Below the pieces are notes generated by a model that was not told the DNA's origin, did not search any database, and saw nothing but the letters and a program-made list of their open reading frames with translations. Below, in pieces: positions 19,125 through 29,180 of a stretch of 64,000 nt of DNA. The DNA is taken from assembly GCA_041687695.1 (NCBI GenBank), contig JAWLBL010000023.1:91840-155839 (forward strand), given 5' to 3'. Made by a program: the position numbers and the translations under genes. Origin of the DNA: Myxococcota bacterium. Lineage in GTDB: Bacteria; Myxococcota_A; UBA9042; PHBI01; JAWLBL01. The stretch's first letter is position 1; each line of letters opens with the position of its first letter.

Positions 19125-20693
19125 TCAGAGCTCGAACGACAGGCCCAGCTCGAGTCCAGCGTCCCACAGCGGCGCGAGCTCACCGCCGCGCCGCGCGAAG
19201 ATGGCCTCCCCCCCCACCGTCGCCTCGAGCGACAGGGTGGCCGCGACGGGGATCCGCAGCGTCACCTCGCCGGACGGGCCGGCGCCCCACGCCACGTGCT
19301 CGCCGTCGAGATCGTAGCCGGCGTCGCCGAGGCGGTCGGCGTCGACGTGGCGCAGCCGCTGCACGATGCGGCGGACCGACGCCGCGACGCCCAGCTCGAG
19401 CTCGAAGGGGCCCAGCGCCAAGAGCCGCGCGAGCCGCGCCTCGCCGCCGAGCCAGCGCTCCTCGACGTCGTGGATGGCAGTCGCGTGATTCGCGCCGCCC
19501 AGCTGCAGGCCCGCGCCCAGGCGCCAGGCGCCCTGCAGGTAGCCATAGCGGAGCCGCGCGCGCGCGCCCAGGGCCTGTGACGTCCCGACGGCCCCGGCGC
19601 GGGCCCCGAGGAGGTGTCGCCGCAGCCGCAGCCCGCCGCCCTTGGCCACCAGAAGCGCCAGCGGCACCGGCGTGAAGGCGTTGGCGCCGAGCGCCTCGTG
19701 GCCTCCGTAGGGCACCGAGACCTCGACCGCGCCCGCGTCGCGCTCGGCGCGGCGGTGGACCAGCAGGCGCCCGGAGGGGACGGCGAGGCGCGTCGTCGCG
19801 TCGGGCAGGGCAGCGACCTCGGCGACGACGTTGCCCGAGGGCAGGTGGAACACCAGGTAGCGGACGTCGCGGCCGGCGGGCAGCGTCAGGCTGGCGCGCG
19901 CGCGGGACAGCCGCGTCAGGACGAGGGGGCCGGCGCCTTCGACGTGGGCTCGGAGCGCTGGGTGCTGCGTGGCGCCCGGCGCACCCAGCGAGCGTCGCAG
20001 CGTGCGTCCGTAGGCGTAGGCGTAGGCCTCGTCGAAGGTCACGCGGCCGTCGCGGTCGTGGTCGCCCGCGCCGCGCATCGCCGCGGCCATGTAGTGCGAG
20101 AAGATGGCCCCGCCGAGCTCGTCGGACTCCTGGGCGGCCTCTCCGGCCGACGACGAGCGCAGGACCAGGGCCCCGGCCGGGCCGGGCGGCGCGTCGAGGC
20201 GCACGTCGAAGGGCTCGACCTCGGCGAAGCCTTTGGGCCGCCCGGCGCCCGTGCGGCAGGCGTCCAGGATGACCAGGCGCAGGCCGGCCGAGACCCGGGC
20301 GGCGGCCCGCTCGAGCTCGGCGACCGGCAGGCGCTGCCCCGACAGGTGCAGGTGCGCCTCGTCGCCGTGGCCGCTGAAGTAGACGATGAGGGTGACGTCC
20401 TCGGGCGCGCGGCCGCGGGCGAGGCGGGCGGCCCGGTCGAAGGCCTTCAGCAGGGCGTCGGCCGAGCGGTTCTCGAGGACGATGGCGTGCTCGGGGGCGA
20501 CGTCGCCGAGATCGGTGAAGACCGAGGCGATGCGGCGGGCGTCGGCGGCCGCGTGACGCAGGGGCAGCTCGTCGGCCAGGCCGACGTCGTTGCCGGCGGC
20601 GACCAGCACGCGGAGCGGCGCGGCGAGGGCGGCGGCGGGCAAGAGGACGAGCGCGGAGAGCGCCGCCGCCAGGGCGAGGCGCCAGGGCCTCAT
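19125..20693 (-). CDS. Exported caspase-like (peptidase C14) protein with C-terminal beta-strand domain
   Basis: Signal peptide; catalytic dyad YFSGHG and ILDACR; AQESDELGG; C-terminal alternating beta strands ending LGLSFEL. Confidence 0.88.
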   Translation of the reverse strand: MRPWRLALAAALSALVLLPAAALAAPLRVLVAAGNDVGLADELPLRHAAADARRIASVFTDLGDVAPEHAIVLENRSADALLKAFDRAARLARGRAPEDVTLIVYFSGHGDEAHLHLSGQRLPVAELERAAARVSAGLRLVILDACRTGAGRPKGFAEVEPFDVRLDAPPGPAGALVLRSSSAGEAAQESDELGGAIFSHYMAAAMRGAGDHDRDGRVTFDEAYAYAYGRTLRRSLGAPGATQHPALRAHVEGAGPLVLTRLSRARASLTLPAGRDVRYLVFHLPSGNVVAEVAALPDATTRLAVPSGRLLVHRRAERDAGAVEVSVPYGGHEALGANAFTPVPLALLVAKGGGLRLRRHLLGARAGAVGTSQALGARARLRYGYLQGAWRLGAGLQLGGANHATAIHDVEERWLGGEARLARLLALGPFELELGVAASVRRIVQRLRHVDADRLGDAGYDLDGEHVAWGAGPSGEVTLRIPVAATLSLEATVGGEAIFARRGGELAPLWDAGLELGLSFEL

Positions 20694-21421
20694 GGGCGGC
20701 CTCGCGACAGGAGGGGGAGGGTGACGACCTGCGAGAAGTCGCCGCTGTCGATCGCGTGGGTGACCGCCGCGGGCGAGCCAACCACGATGCGGGCGGTCAT
20801 CGGGCGCGCGTCCACCTCGAAGGTGCTCGACAGGACGTGCGCGCCCGGCTCGTAGGCGGTGTCCTCGGCCAGGGCGATCCAGGTGCGGCCGGTCTCGTCG
20901 TACAGGCCGATGGTCAGCGGCTCGGCGATGGGGACGGTGAGCTCGACCCGCAGGCGGTCGCCCGGCAGGAGGTCGACCGGCGTCACGTGGCGGCGCTGCA
21001 GGCCGTCGCGCAGCACGATGGCGGCGACCGTCGGCCCATCGGCCGTGGTGCTGGGCGGGGCCCCCTTCAGGCGCACCTGCGGGGTCGTGGGCGTCGCACC
21101 GCCCCCGGCGCCCGGCTGGAGGGACGCGGGCGGCTGGCCCACGAACAGCAGCAGGGCCGTGGCGGCCAGCCCGAGCGCGACGGCCGGCGCCCACAGCCAA
21201 CGTCGCCCTTGCGGGGGCGCCTCGGCGCGCTGGCGGATCGCGCGGGCGAAGTCTTCGGGCGGCGTGCGGGCCAGCAGCGTGGCCTGCTCGGCGCGCAGCG
21301 CCGCGAGGTAGCCGCGGCAGCGTTCGCAGTCTGCGGCGTGGGCCAGCGCCTCGGGGTCGTCCGCGCCGGCGGAGACGGCCTCGAGCCGGAAGGCCGAGGG
21401 GTGCGCGTGGGGCTCAGACAC
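20690..21421 (-). CDS. Zinc-binding anti-sigma factor (ZAS) with TM and periplasmic domain
   Basis: HAADCERC (HxxxCxxC), one TM helix, coupled to the ECF sigma gene. Confidence 0.8.
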   Translation of the reverse strand: MSEPHAHPSAFRLEAVSAGADDPEALAHAADCERCRGYLAALRAEQATLLARTPPEDFARAIRQRAEAPPQGRRWLWAPAVALGLAATALLLFVGQPPASLQPGAGGGATPTTPQVRLKGAPPSTTADGPTVAAIVLRDGLQRRHVTPVDLLPGDRLRVELTVPIAEPLTIGLYDETGRTWIALAEDTAYEPGAHVLSSTFEVDARPMTARIVVGSPAAVTHAIDSGDFSQVVTLPLLSRGRP

Positions 21422-21908
21422 GGTCGCGTCCTCCCAGCTTCTGCAGGCGCTCGCGGATGAGGCCCAGGCGTTTGTTGACCGTCTGCCGCGAGCAGCCGAT
21501 CTCGTCGGCGATCTCGCCCTGGCTCAGCTCGTCGACGAAGGCGAGCACGGCCAGCTGCCGATCGGCGTCGTTCAGCTTGGCCAGGAGCCCGCGCCAGACC
21601 TGCCGCGAGACCAGCCCGGCCTCGGGGTGGGCGCCGGCGAGGTCGACGTCCAGCTCGCTCTCGCGGCGGCGCTTGGCCTTCGCCAGAAGATCGAAGCAGC
21701 AGCGATCCGCGACCCGGTACAGCCACCGCAGGGGCGCGTCGACCGTCCTCAGCTCGGCGCCGTAGCGCATCACCTTCACGAAGACCTCCTGCAAGGCGTC
21801 GTCGGCCAGCGCGGCGTCGCGCAGCACCAGCCGGCAGCGTCTGAGGACCAGCGCGCCATAGACGCGGTAGACCTCGGCGACCTCGGCGTTAGAGAGCCCG
21901 GCCGCCAC
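21414..21908 (-). CDS. ECF RNA polymerase sigma factor
   Basis: ADDALQEVF...WLYRVA (region 2); LSQGEIADEIGCSRQTV (region 4). Confidence 0.9.
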   Translation of the reverse strand: MAAGLSNAEVAEVYRVYGALVLRRCRLVLRDAALADDALQEVFVKVMRYGAELRTVDAPLRWLYRVADRCCFDLLAKAKRRRESELDVDLAGAHPEAGLVSRQVWRGLLAKLNDADRQLAVLAFVDELSQGEIADEIGCSRQTVNKRLGLIRERLQKLGGRDRV

Positions 21909-22162
21909 TACCCTAGACCTCGGCCGGGGCCTGAGCTGTCAACCCGAACCGTCATGCAGGTGGCGTTCATGGTGGCGTTTATAGGCCGAGCGGCCCCCGG
22001 TGCGCCACCCGGGACGCTAGGCGCGAGGCGCGCCTGAGCACACCGGCTCGAGCTCGCGTCGCGCGGCTGCGTCCGCTGGCGCTCAGCCCCTCGGCGACCC
22101 GGGACGCGCCGTCCGCGTCCCGGGGTCACCGGCCGAGTGTGGCATTCCTCCCCACAAGGGTG

Positions 22163-23569
22163 TCAGCGCGCGACGTCGGGGCCGACCCGCAGCACGAAGG
22201 CGTCTCGTCGCCCGCCACTGGCCTGCCCAGGCACCAGGGAGCCAGTGGTCGCGCCGCCCACCACGACGCCGCAGGCGTCCCAGGCGACCGCCGTCGGCTG
22301 GTCCAGCCCGTCCGACCCCCACTGGCCGGCCCACAGCACCGCGCCGTCCGCGTCGACCGCGAACGCGAACACGTCGCTCGGCCCGCGCAGGGTCGCGCCG
22401 GGGACCGCCACGCCCAGCGTCTCCGCGACGACCACGACCTCGCCGGCCGGCCCGACCGCCAGGTCGGTCACCCAGTCGGACTCCGGCCCGCCGACCTGGC
22501 GCACCCAGCGCGGCGCCAGGGTCTCGGGATCGAGGCGCGCCACGAAGGCGTCCTGGCCGCCGTGCTGCGCCTCGCCCAGCCGCCCCGCGGTCGTGCCGGC
22601 GACGAGCAGGTCGCCGTCGGCCGCCACCGCCACGGCCGCGAGGTGGTCGAAGGGGCTGCGCGCCACCGTGTGCTCGCGCACGACGACCCCGTCGCCGTCG
22701 AGCTGGGCCAAAAAGCCACCCGCGCTCGGCCCCGCCGTGTTGGTGCCGGCCAGCCACGCGCTGCCGTCCGCGGTGACGGCGAGGCCGTTGCCGAAGTCGC
22801 TCTGCGGCGAGTCGAGCAGGGTGCGATAGACCTGCACCGGGGGGCCGTCCGGGTCCGGCGGCGTGAAGGCGGCGACCCAGGGGTTCTCCCAGGCCTCGAC
22901 GAAGTTGGTGGGTATGTACACCTCGTCGAAGCCGGCGACGACGACCCGGCCGAGCGGGTCGAACACTACGCGGCGGGGCACCTCGGGCCGGGCGGTCCCA
23001 AACGGCCAGGCCTGCATCGGATCACCCGGCCTCGCGCGCCCCAGGACCAGGTCGAAGCTGCCCTGCGGCGCGGCGCCCGCCAGCGCCCCGCGCGTCCGGC
23101 CGGCGAACCACACGGTGCCATCCGGCGCCTGCGTCACCGCCTCGACGATGTCGGTCGCGGGCGTCTGCAGCGTCACCTCGGCGACCTCGCCATCGACGCT
23201 CACCCACCGCACGAACCCGGTGGCGTCGCCCACCGGGCCGTCGTTCGCGACGCCCACCCGTCCGCCCCGATACCCGGCCACGAGCACTCGCCCCGCGTGG
23301 TCGACCGCCAGCCCGCGCACCTCGTCGTCCAGCGCGCCGCCCCACTGCAGCGCCCCCCAGGCGCCCGCGCAGTCCGGCGGCTCCGGGGCGGCGTCGGGCC
23401 CGGCGTCGGGCTCCGCGTCCGGCTCCGCGTCGTGCCCGTCGTCCTGCCAGACGTCCTCGGCCGTGTCCGGCCGCTGCGGCTCGCTCCCGTCGCCTCCGCA
23501 CGCCTGCAGCAGCCCTCCGACCACCAGCCCCACCACGCCGCGCGCCATCCTCGACCCGAATCGCTTCAT
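22163..23569 (-). CDS. Lipoprotein with SBBP-like beta-propeller repeats
   Basis: Lipobox LQAC; repeats such as GLAVDHAGRVLVAG, GGQDAFVARLD, WVRQVGGPESD. Confidence 0.8.
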   Translation of the reverse strand: MKRFGSRMARGVVGLVVGGLLQACGGDGSEPQRPDTAEDVWQDDGHDAEPDAEPDAGPDAAPEPPDCAGAWGALQWGGALDDEVRGLAVDHAGRVLVAGYRGGRVGVANDGPVGDATGFVRWVSVDGEVAEVTLQTPATDIVEAVTQAPDGTVWFAGRTRGALAGAAPQGSFDLVLGRARPGDPMQAWPFGTARPEVPRRVVFDPLGRVVVAGFDEVYIPTNFVEAWENPWVAAFTPPDPDGPPVQVYRTLLDSPQSDFGNGLAVTADGSAWLAGTNTAGPSAGGFLAQLDGDGVVVREHTVARSPFDHLAAVAVAADGDLLVAGTTAGRLGEAQHGGQDAFVARLDPETLAPRWVRQVGGPESDWVTDLAVGPAGEVVVVAETLGVAVPGATLRGPSDVFAFAVDADGAVLWAGQWGSDGLDQPTAVAWDACGVVVGGATTGSLVPGQASGGRRDAFVLRVGPDVAR

Positions 23570-23597
23570 CGTTTCCGCCTCCATGGCCCCGGGCACA

Positions 23598-23613
23598 AGC
23601 AAAACCCGTGCCG
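23598..23613 (-). promoter_or_regulatory. Putative sigma54 (-24/-12) promoter
   Basis: Minus strand reads CGGCAC-GGGTT-TTGCT, about 30 bp upstream of the ATG at 23569. Confidence 0.6.
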
Positions 23614-23930
23614 TGCGGCCCAGGGCCCGACCGCGTGTCCCCACCCCGCGCAGCGAGCTGCGCGGAGCCGGAGCACGAGCGAGCTCCTGAAGTCCGGTCG
23701 CGAACCACCCATCCAAGGGCGCGTATTTTTTGGGCCCACCGCCTTCCAGCCCGCCAGCTCCGCCCAACTCCGTATCCGCCTTCTGGGGTCGCCGGCTGCC
23801 GAGGGCGAAACGCCATCGCAGCCTCGCACCCGGACCGACTGGGAGCCGGCGGTCCCGGCAAGGCTGCGGCTTGGAGCCCGCGCACCGGGGCGTACGTTTG
23901 TCGAGTCGCGCCCCGGGGAGACCGCAACCG

Positions 23931-24359
23931 GTGGCACATTCCAGCCGACATGCCTTCGAGGCGCACACGGGCGAGGTGCGCCTGGTCGCCGAGGCGCCGA
24001 GCCGCGCCGCGCTGTTCGAGGAGGTCGGGCGCGCGGTCGCGGAGCTGATGGGCCCCGAGGACCGGCCGGATCGGCAGGCCGGCGAGTCACGAGCCGTCGA
24101 ACTCGACGCGCGCGATGACGCGGCGCTGCTGGTGGCCTGGGTCGACGAGCTGGTCTTCCTGTCCGAGACCCAGCACGCCGTGTACTGGGACGTGGCGGTC
24201 GACGCCGTGGCCGGCGGCCACGTGAGCGCGCGCGTGCGCGGCACCCCGGTCGAGACGCTGCGGACGGCCGTGAAGGCCGCGACCTTCCACGACATCGAGG
24301 TGGCCGAGGTGCCTCACGCCGGGGGCCCGTGGCGCGCGCGGGTCGTGCTGGACGTGTGA
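23931..24359 (+). CDS. Archease
   Basis: HTGEV N-terminus, LLVAWVDELVF, VKAATFH and C-terminal VVLDV; directly upstream of rtcB. Confidence 0.88.
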   Translation: MAHSSRHAFEAHTGEVRLVAEAPSRAALFEEVGRAVAELMGPEDRPDRQAGESRAVELDARDDAALLVAWVDELVFLSETQHAVYWDVAVDAVAGGHVSARVRGTPVETLRTAVKAATFHDIEVAEVPHAGGPWRARVVLDV

Positions 24360-24371
24360 GGGGAGGGCGAG

Positions 24372-25817
24372 ATGGCGACCTATCCGATGAGCCGGGTGAG
24401 CGAGGCGCTGTACGAGATCCCGGTCGGGACGCGCGAAGGGCAGGACGTGCCGGTGCGCTTCGTCGCCGATGAGGGGCTGATGGCGCGCGAGACCGAGGAC
24501 AAGAGCCTGGAGCAGCTGACGAACGTCGCGACGCTGCCCGGCGTCGTGGGGCCGGTCATCGGCATGCCGGACATGCACGAGGGCTACGGGTTCCCGGTGG
24601 GGGGCGTCGCCGCGACGCGGCCGCCGGACGGCGTCATCTCGCCGGGCGGTATCGGCTTCGACATCAACTGCGGGGTGCGCCTGCTCGCCTCGAACATCAC
24701 CCGCGAGCAGCTCGGCGACCGCCTCGAGACGCTGACCCACGAGCTGAGCCGCAGCGTGCCCACCGGCTACGGTCGCCACGGCCGCCTCGACCTGTCGCCC
24801 GAGGACATGGAGGCGGTGCTGGCCGGCGGCGCCCAGTGGGTCGTCCACGAGCGCGGCCTGGGCCTGCCCGAGGACCTCGACAACGCCGAGAGCAACGGCC
24901 GCCTCCCGCAGGCCGACCCGAGCCAGGTCTCCGAGCGCGCCCGCCAGCGCGGCCACGACCAGCTCGGCACCCTGGGTGGCGGCAACCACTTCCTCGAGAT
25001 CCAGGAGGTCGAGCAGATCGCCGACGAGGAGCTCGCCGCCGCCCTCGGCCTGTCGCTCGGCCAGGTCACCATCCTCATCCACACCGGCTCGCGCGGCCTC
25101 GGCCACCAGGTCTGCACCGACTACGTGCGCCTGATGGACCAGGTGATGGCGCGCTACGGCATCCACGTCCCCGACCGCCAGCTGGCCTGCGCGCCGCTGT
25201 CCTCGCCCGAGGGCCAGGCGTACTTCGCGGCCATGTCCGCGGCGGCCAACTTCGCCTGGGCCAACCGGCAGGTGCTGACCCACCGCGTGCGCGAGGTCTT
25301 CCGCCGCGTGGTCGGTAGCGACGCCGATCCCAGCCTGCGCGTCGTCTACGACGTCGCCCACAACATCGCCAAGCTCGAGCGCCACGGCGGCGAGCTGCTG
25401 TGCGTCCACCGCAAGGGCGCCACCCGCGCCTTCGGCCCGCACGCCCCGGGCGCCGACGAGCTGCCGCCCCGCTACCGCCAGACCGGCCAGCCGGTCTTCA
25501 TCCCCGGCAGCATGGGCACCGGCTCCTGGGTCCTGGTCGGCGACGACCGCTCCGAGGCCCTCGCGCTGGGCAGCTGCTGCCACGGCGCCGGCCGCGCCCT
25601 CAGCCGCAGCGCCGCCAAGAAGCAGGTCGCCGGCCACGTCCTCCGCAAGGAGCTCGAGGCCCGCGGCATCGTCGTCCGCTGCCCCTCCAACGCCGAGCTG
25701 GCCGAGGAGGCGCCCCTCGCCTACAAGGACGTCGACCACGTCGTCGACGTCGTCGCCCGCGCCGGCCTCGCCCGAAAGGTGGCCCGCCTCCGCCCCCTGG
25801 GCGTCCTCAAGGGCTGA
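24372..25817 (+). CDS. rtcB: RtcB RNA-splicing/repair ligase (long, archaeal-like type)
   Basis: MPDMHEGYGFPVGG, GFDINCGVR, GGGNHFLE, HTGSRG, HNIAK, HRKGAT, PGSMG, HGAGR, EEAPLAYK. Confidence 0.97.
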   Translation: MATYPMSRVSEALYEIPVGTREGQDVPVRFVADEGLMARETEDKSLEQLTNVATLPGVVGPVIGMPDMHEGYGFPVGGVAATRPPDGVISPGGIGFDINCGVRLLASNITREQLGDRLETLTHELSRSVPTGYGRHGRLDLSPEDMEAVLAGGAQWVVHERGLGLPEDLDNAESNGRLPQADPSQVSERARQRGHDQLGTLGGGNHFLEIQEVEQIADEELAAALGLSLGQVTILIHTGSRGLGHQVCTDYVRLMDQVMARYGIHVPDRQLACAPLSSPEGQAYFAAMSAAANFAWANRQVLTHRVREVFRRVVGSDADPSLRVVYDVAHNIAKLERHGGELLCVHRKGATRAFGPHAPGADELPPRYRQTGQPVFIPGSMGTGSWVLVGDDRSEALALGSCCHGAGRALSRSAAKKQVAGHVLRKELEARGIVVRCPSNAELAEEAPLAYKDVDHVVDVVARAGLARKVARLRPLGVLKG

Positions 25818-25835
25818 GACAACGTCAGCGAGGGA

Positions 25836-26360
25836 TCAGCCGTCCGCGTCGGGCGGGTCGTCACGCTTGGCGAGGATGCTGATGCGCCCGTTCCGCTCGA
25901 GGTAGGCCTCGGCGACCCCCTCGATGCCACCGGCGTGGCCCCTCAGGCGTATCGCCTCCTCGAGGTCGTGCCGTGACAGGTGCGCGCGCCGCGCCCCGTC
26001 CTGGTCGATGCGGCCGTCGCGGATGACCAGGATGGGCTCGCCCTTGACCAGCGGCCCGAACCACCGCGTCCCGTAGGCCACCGTCGCGAACAGCCAGTGC
26101 AGGCCGACCAAAACGAAGCCCGAGGCCAGCGTAGGGAGGAAGGCCGCGGACCCGTTGATGGCGCGGCTCATCACCGAGCCCAGCACGATGGCGACCAGTA
26201 CGTCGAAGGCGGACGCCTTGCCCAGAAAGCGCCGGCTCCCGACCCGGAGCAGCAGCAGGGTCACCAGGAAGACGACCACCGTGCGCGCGGCCATCTGCAG
26301 GATGGTCACGTCCGAGATGTCGCGGTCGAGGCCGAACACCGTGTCGAGCGCTCCCATCAT
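25836..26360 (-). CDS. DUF421/YetF membrane protein
   Basis: AFDVLVAIVLGS, KGEPILVIRDG, AYLERNGRISI. Confidence 0.85.
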   Translation of the reverse strand: MMGALDTVFGLDRDISDVTILQMAARTVVVFLVTLLLLRVGSRRFLGKASAFDVLVAIVLGSVMSRAINGSAAFLPTLASGFVLVGLHWLFATVAYGTRWFGPLVKGEPILVIRDGRIDQDGARRAHLSRHDLEEAIRLRGHAGGIEGVAEAYLERNGRISILAKRDDPPDADG

Positions 26361-28093
26361 ACCGGCAAGCCGCCTCCGCCGTCGCCGCCGCGGCGATTCC
26401 TTCGCCCGGCGCGCGGTCCCTTGGGACGTTCCGCGTTCGGCGCCGGCCCGAACAGATCCAGCGGGAAGGGCGCCGCGTCCTCGCCCAGCTCGTCGGCGAC
26501 CACCGCGTGCAGCTTGGCCAGCATGCGGCGGACCAGCTCGGGATCGTGGTTCGGGTGGTCGGGGTGCCCCAGGTTCGCCAGCTCGCCGGGGTCCCGCGCC
26601 AGGTCGTGCAGCGTGACGTCACCTCGTGCGTACAGGTCCTCGAGGGTCGCCGGGTTGCCATACTCGAGCGGGCTGAACCAGCGGACCAGCTTGTAGCGCC
26701 CGTCGACCACCGCACGGAAGAAGGTGCGCTTGGCGAAGTTCGGCGCCCCGTACCGCTCGCCGACCCGGCGCATGCGGGCGCGCGGGTCCTCGCCCCCCTG
26801 CCGTGGCGCCGTGTCCCACTCGGTCAGCTCCCTCAGCGCCCCCGAGATCCCCCAATCCTTGTCCAGCATGTGCAGCCCGTCCCACATGAGGAGCGCCCCG
26901 CGTCCGGGCCGGTCCACGTCGCCCCGCGGCCCCGGGCTGCTCGGGTCGCGCACCACGCCGGCCAGGCTGTGACCGCGCAGGTGCGGGTACCGCTCGCGGA
27001 TCTCACCTTCCCTCAGTCCCGCCCACTCCAGCAGCGTCGGCGTCAGATCCAGGTGCGAAGCGACGGCCCGCGTCCGCTGTCCTCGCGGCCCGCCGGGCGC
27101 GCGCACCACCAGGTTGACCTGCGTCGCCTCGTCGAAGTGGATGGCGCCCTTTTGCGTCATCCGGTGCGCGCCGTTCATCTCGCCGTGGTCGCCCGTGAAG
27201 ACGACGATCGTGTCGTCGGCCAGCCCCATGCGGTCGAGCGCCTCCAGCACACGCATCATCTCGGCGTCGGCCATGCGCATGGCATTGACCAGGTAGTTGC
27301 GCCGCGCGATCCACAGGTCGACGCGGTCGTCGGGCACCTGGCCGTAGTTCAGGGCGATGAGCTCCTGATAGTGCTTCACCGCCGGAGGCTGCAGGGCGAA
27401 GTCGTCCTCGAAGTTGTCCGGCAGGCCGACGTTCCACTGCTTCTGGAACCAGCCCATGCCCTGGATCCGGGTCCGAAGGCCCGCCGTCGCGCCGCGCTCG
27501 TGCGGCGCCTCGACGGGGTCGGTCTGCAGGAACATGACGTCGTGCGGGTTGATGAAGCTGGCCACCAGCAGCCACGGCTGATCCAGCGCCGGCGCCCGCG
27601 ACTCGAGCCAGTCGACGACCTCGGTCGCCGCCGCGCAGTCGAGCTGCTCTCCCTGCAGCGGGGCGCCGTACATCTCGCCCCAGGGCTGGTAGTCCGCGAA
27701 CCCGTACGGCTCGAGGGCGTCCTCGCTGCGGGGCACGTCCGACAGGTGCCACTTGCCTTTGAACGCCGTGTAGTAGCCCTGCTCGCGCAGCAAGTGCCCG
27801 ACGGTCGGGAACGCGCCCGAGAATCCGTCGATCCAGGCGAAGTTGGTGTTGTCCCACAGGCCAACGCGCTTGGCGTGGACGCCGGTCCACATCGCGCCGC
27901 GCGAGGGCGTGCAGATGGGCACCGTGCAGTAGTGCCGTTCGAACGCGACGCCCTCGGCCTCGAGCCGGCGCACGGCCGGCAGCGGCACCTCGGGCGGGAC
28001 CGCCATGTGCGCCTGCCACTGGTCGACGCACAGGATGAGCACGTTCGGGCGTCGTCCGCGGCGAGCGCCGGAGCGGTCGTGCTTGCGTGTCAT
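26357..28093 (-). CDS. Cys-type sulfatase
   Basis: PNVLILCVDQ, CTPSRG (CxPxR), GKWHLS, NPHD, GDHGE; no signal peptide. Confidence 0.9.
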   Translation of the reverse strand: MTRKHDRSGARRGRRPNVLILCVDQWQAHMAVPPEVPLPAVRRLEAEGVAFERHYCTVPICTPSRGAMWTGVHAKRVGLWDNTNFAWIDGFSGAFPTVGHLLREQGYYTAFKGKWHLSDVPRSEDALEPYGFADYQPWGEMYGAPLQGEQLDCAAATEVVDWLESRAPALDQPWLLVASFINPHDVMFLQTDPVEAPHERGATAGLRTRIQGMGWFQKQWNVGLPDNFEDDFALQPPAVKHYQELIALNYGQVPDDRVDLWIARRNYLVNAMRMADAEMMRVLEALDRMGLADDTIVVFTGDHGEMNGAHRMTQKGAIHFDEATQVNLVVRAPGGPRGQRTRAVASHLDLTPTLLEWAGLREGEIRERYPHLRGHSLAGVVRDPSSPGPRGDVDRPGRGALLMWDGLHMLDKDWGISGALRELTEWDTAPRQGGEDPRARMRRVGERYGAPNFAKRTFFRAVVDGRYKLVRWFSPLEYGNPATLEDLYARGDVTLHDLARDPGELANLGHPDHPNHDPELVRRMLAKLHAVVADELGEDAAPFPLDLFGPAPNAERPKGPRAGRRNRRGGDGGGGLPV

Positions 28094-28950
28094 GGGGGCT
28101 CTCCTGGGGCGGCGACGTGCTCACGCAGCCGGCCGGCGATGGGGAAGAGCAGGGCCAGCCCCACGAGCGCGGTGACGACCACCATCGCCAGCACCTGCGG
28201 GTCCTCGAAGCTCTGCGCGGCGACCACCGTGGCCGCCGCGATGTTCCTCTGCGCGGTCCCCAGCGCGAGGACGCCGGTCACCCCGGGGCGCGGCGGCAGA
28301 CCGGCCAGGCCGCCCGCCGCGAAGGCGCCGAGCGTCAGGAGCACGCAGGCGACGACGGCGCCGCTGCCGAACATCCCCCGGATGGTCTCGGCGTTGAGCA
28401 CCACCAGGCTGACGAGGAGCACCAGCAGCGCAAGGGTCGACAGGCGCCTCATCCACGGCTGCAGGCGCGCGGCCAAGGCGGGGTGGGTCGTCCGGGCGGC
28501 GAGACCTACGCCGAGCGGCACGATGAGCGTCAGCGCGAGGGGGCGGGCGATGGCCCAGGGGCTGACGTTGGCCTGAGGCAGCGCCAGCCCCACCAGGATG
28601 GGCATCAGGACCACGGTCGCGGGCACCAGCAGCACGACCAGCGTCGCGGCGAACCCCACGTCGTGGTCGGCGCGCTCGGTGAGCTTGATGAGGAACGGCG
28701 CGCCCGCCCCGGTCGCGGCCAGGAACAGGCCGATCTTCAGCGGCAGCGGCAGCGGCAGCACCTCGGCGATGGCGACCGCGATGAGGGGCACCATCACGAA
28801 GTTGGCGATGAGCGCGCTGGTGACGCCGCGCCAGTTCCGAAGCGGGTACAGCAGCGTGCGGAGCGTCCGTACAAGGCCCACCGACAGCATGCTGGTCACC
28901 GCGAAGACGACGATGGAGACGCGCGCCAGCGCGAGGAGGAATTCAGCCAA
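28090..28950 (-). CDS. Bile acid:Na+ symporter (BASS/SBF) family transporter
   Basis: MLSVGL, ANFVMVPL, GAPFLIKL, GTAQRN; multi-TM. TTG start inferred from the GGAG RBS. Confidence 0.85.
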   Translation of the reverse strand: MAEFLLALARVSIVVFAVTSMLSVGLVRTLRTLLYPLRNWRGVTSALIANFVMVPLIAVAIAEVLPLPLPLKIGLFLAATGAGAPFLIKLTERADHDVGFAATLVVLLVPATVVLMPILVGLALPQANVSPWAIARPLALTLIVPLGVGLAARTTHPALAARLQPWMRRLSTLALLVLLVSLVVLNAETIRGMFGSGAVVACVLLTLGAFAAGGLAGLPPRPGVTGVLALGTAQRNIAAATVVAAQSFEDPQVLAMVVVTALVGLALLFPIAGRLREHVAAPGEPP

Positions 28951-29180
28951 GGCCTCTCCAGTGGCTGGGGTTCGGAGAGGGGACTCCGACAGATCACGCA
29001 CGAGCGCGTTCGGGGGCAAGCGAGGCACGGCCGCCGCGTGTGTCGGCGCCGCCGGTCTCGTCCCGGCGCCCCTTCGCGTTCCCCGAGCTCGGCGAACCAG
29101 CATGTCGGCGGGAACCGATCTCCCCGCGTCCGCATCTCCCGGGTGAACGCGCCCCCCGCGCCCGTCACCCAGGAGCCCCG

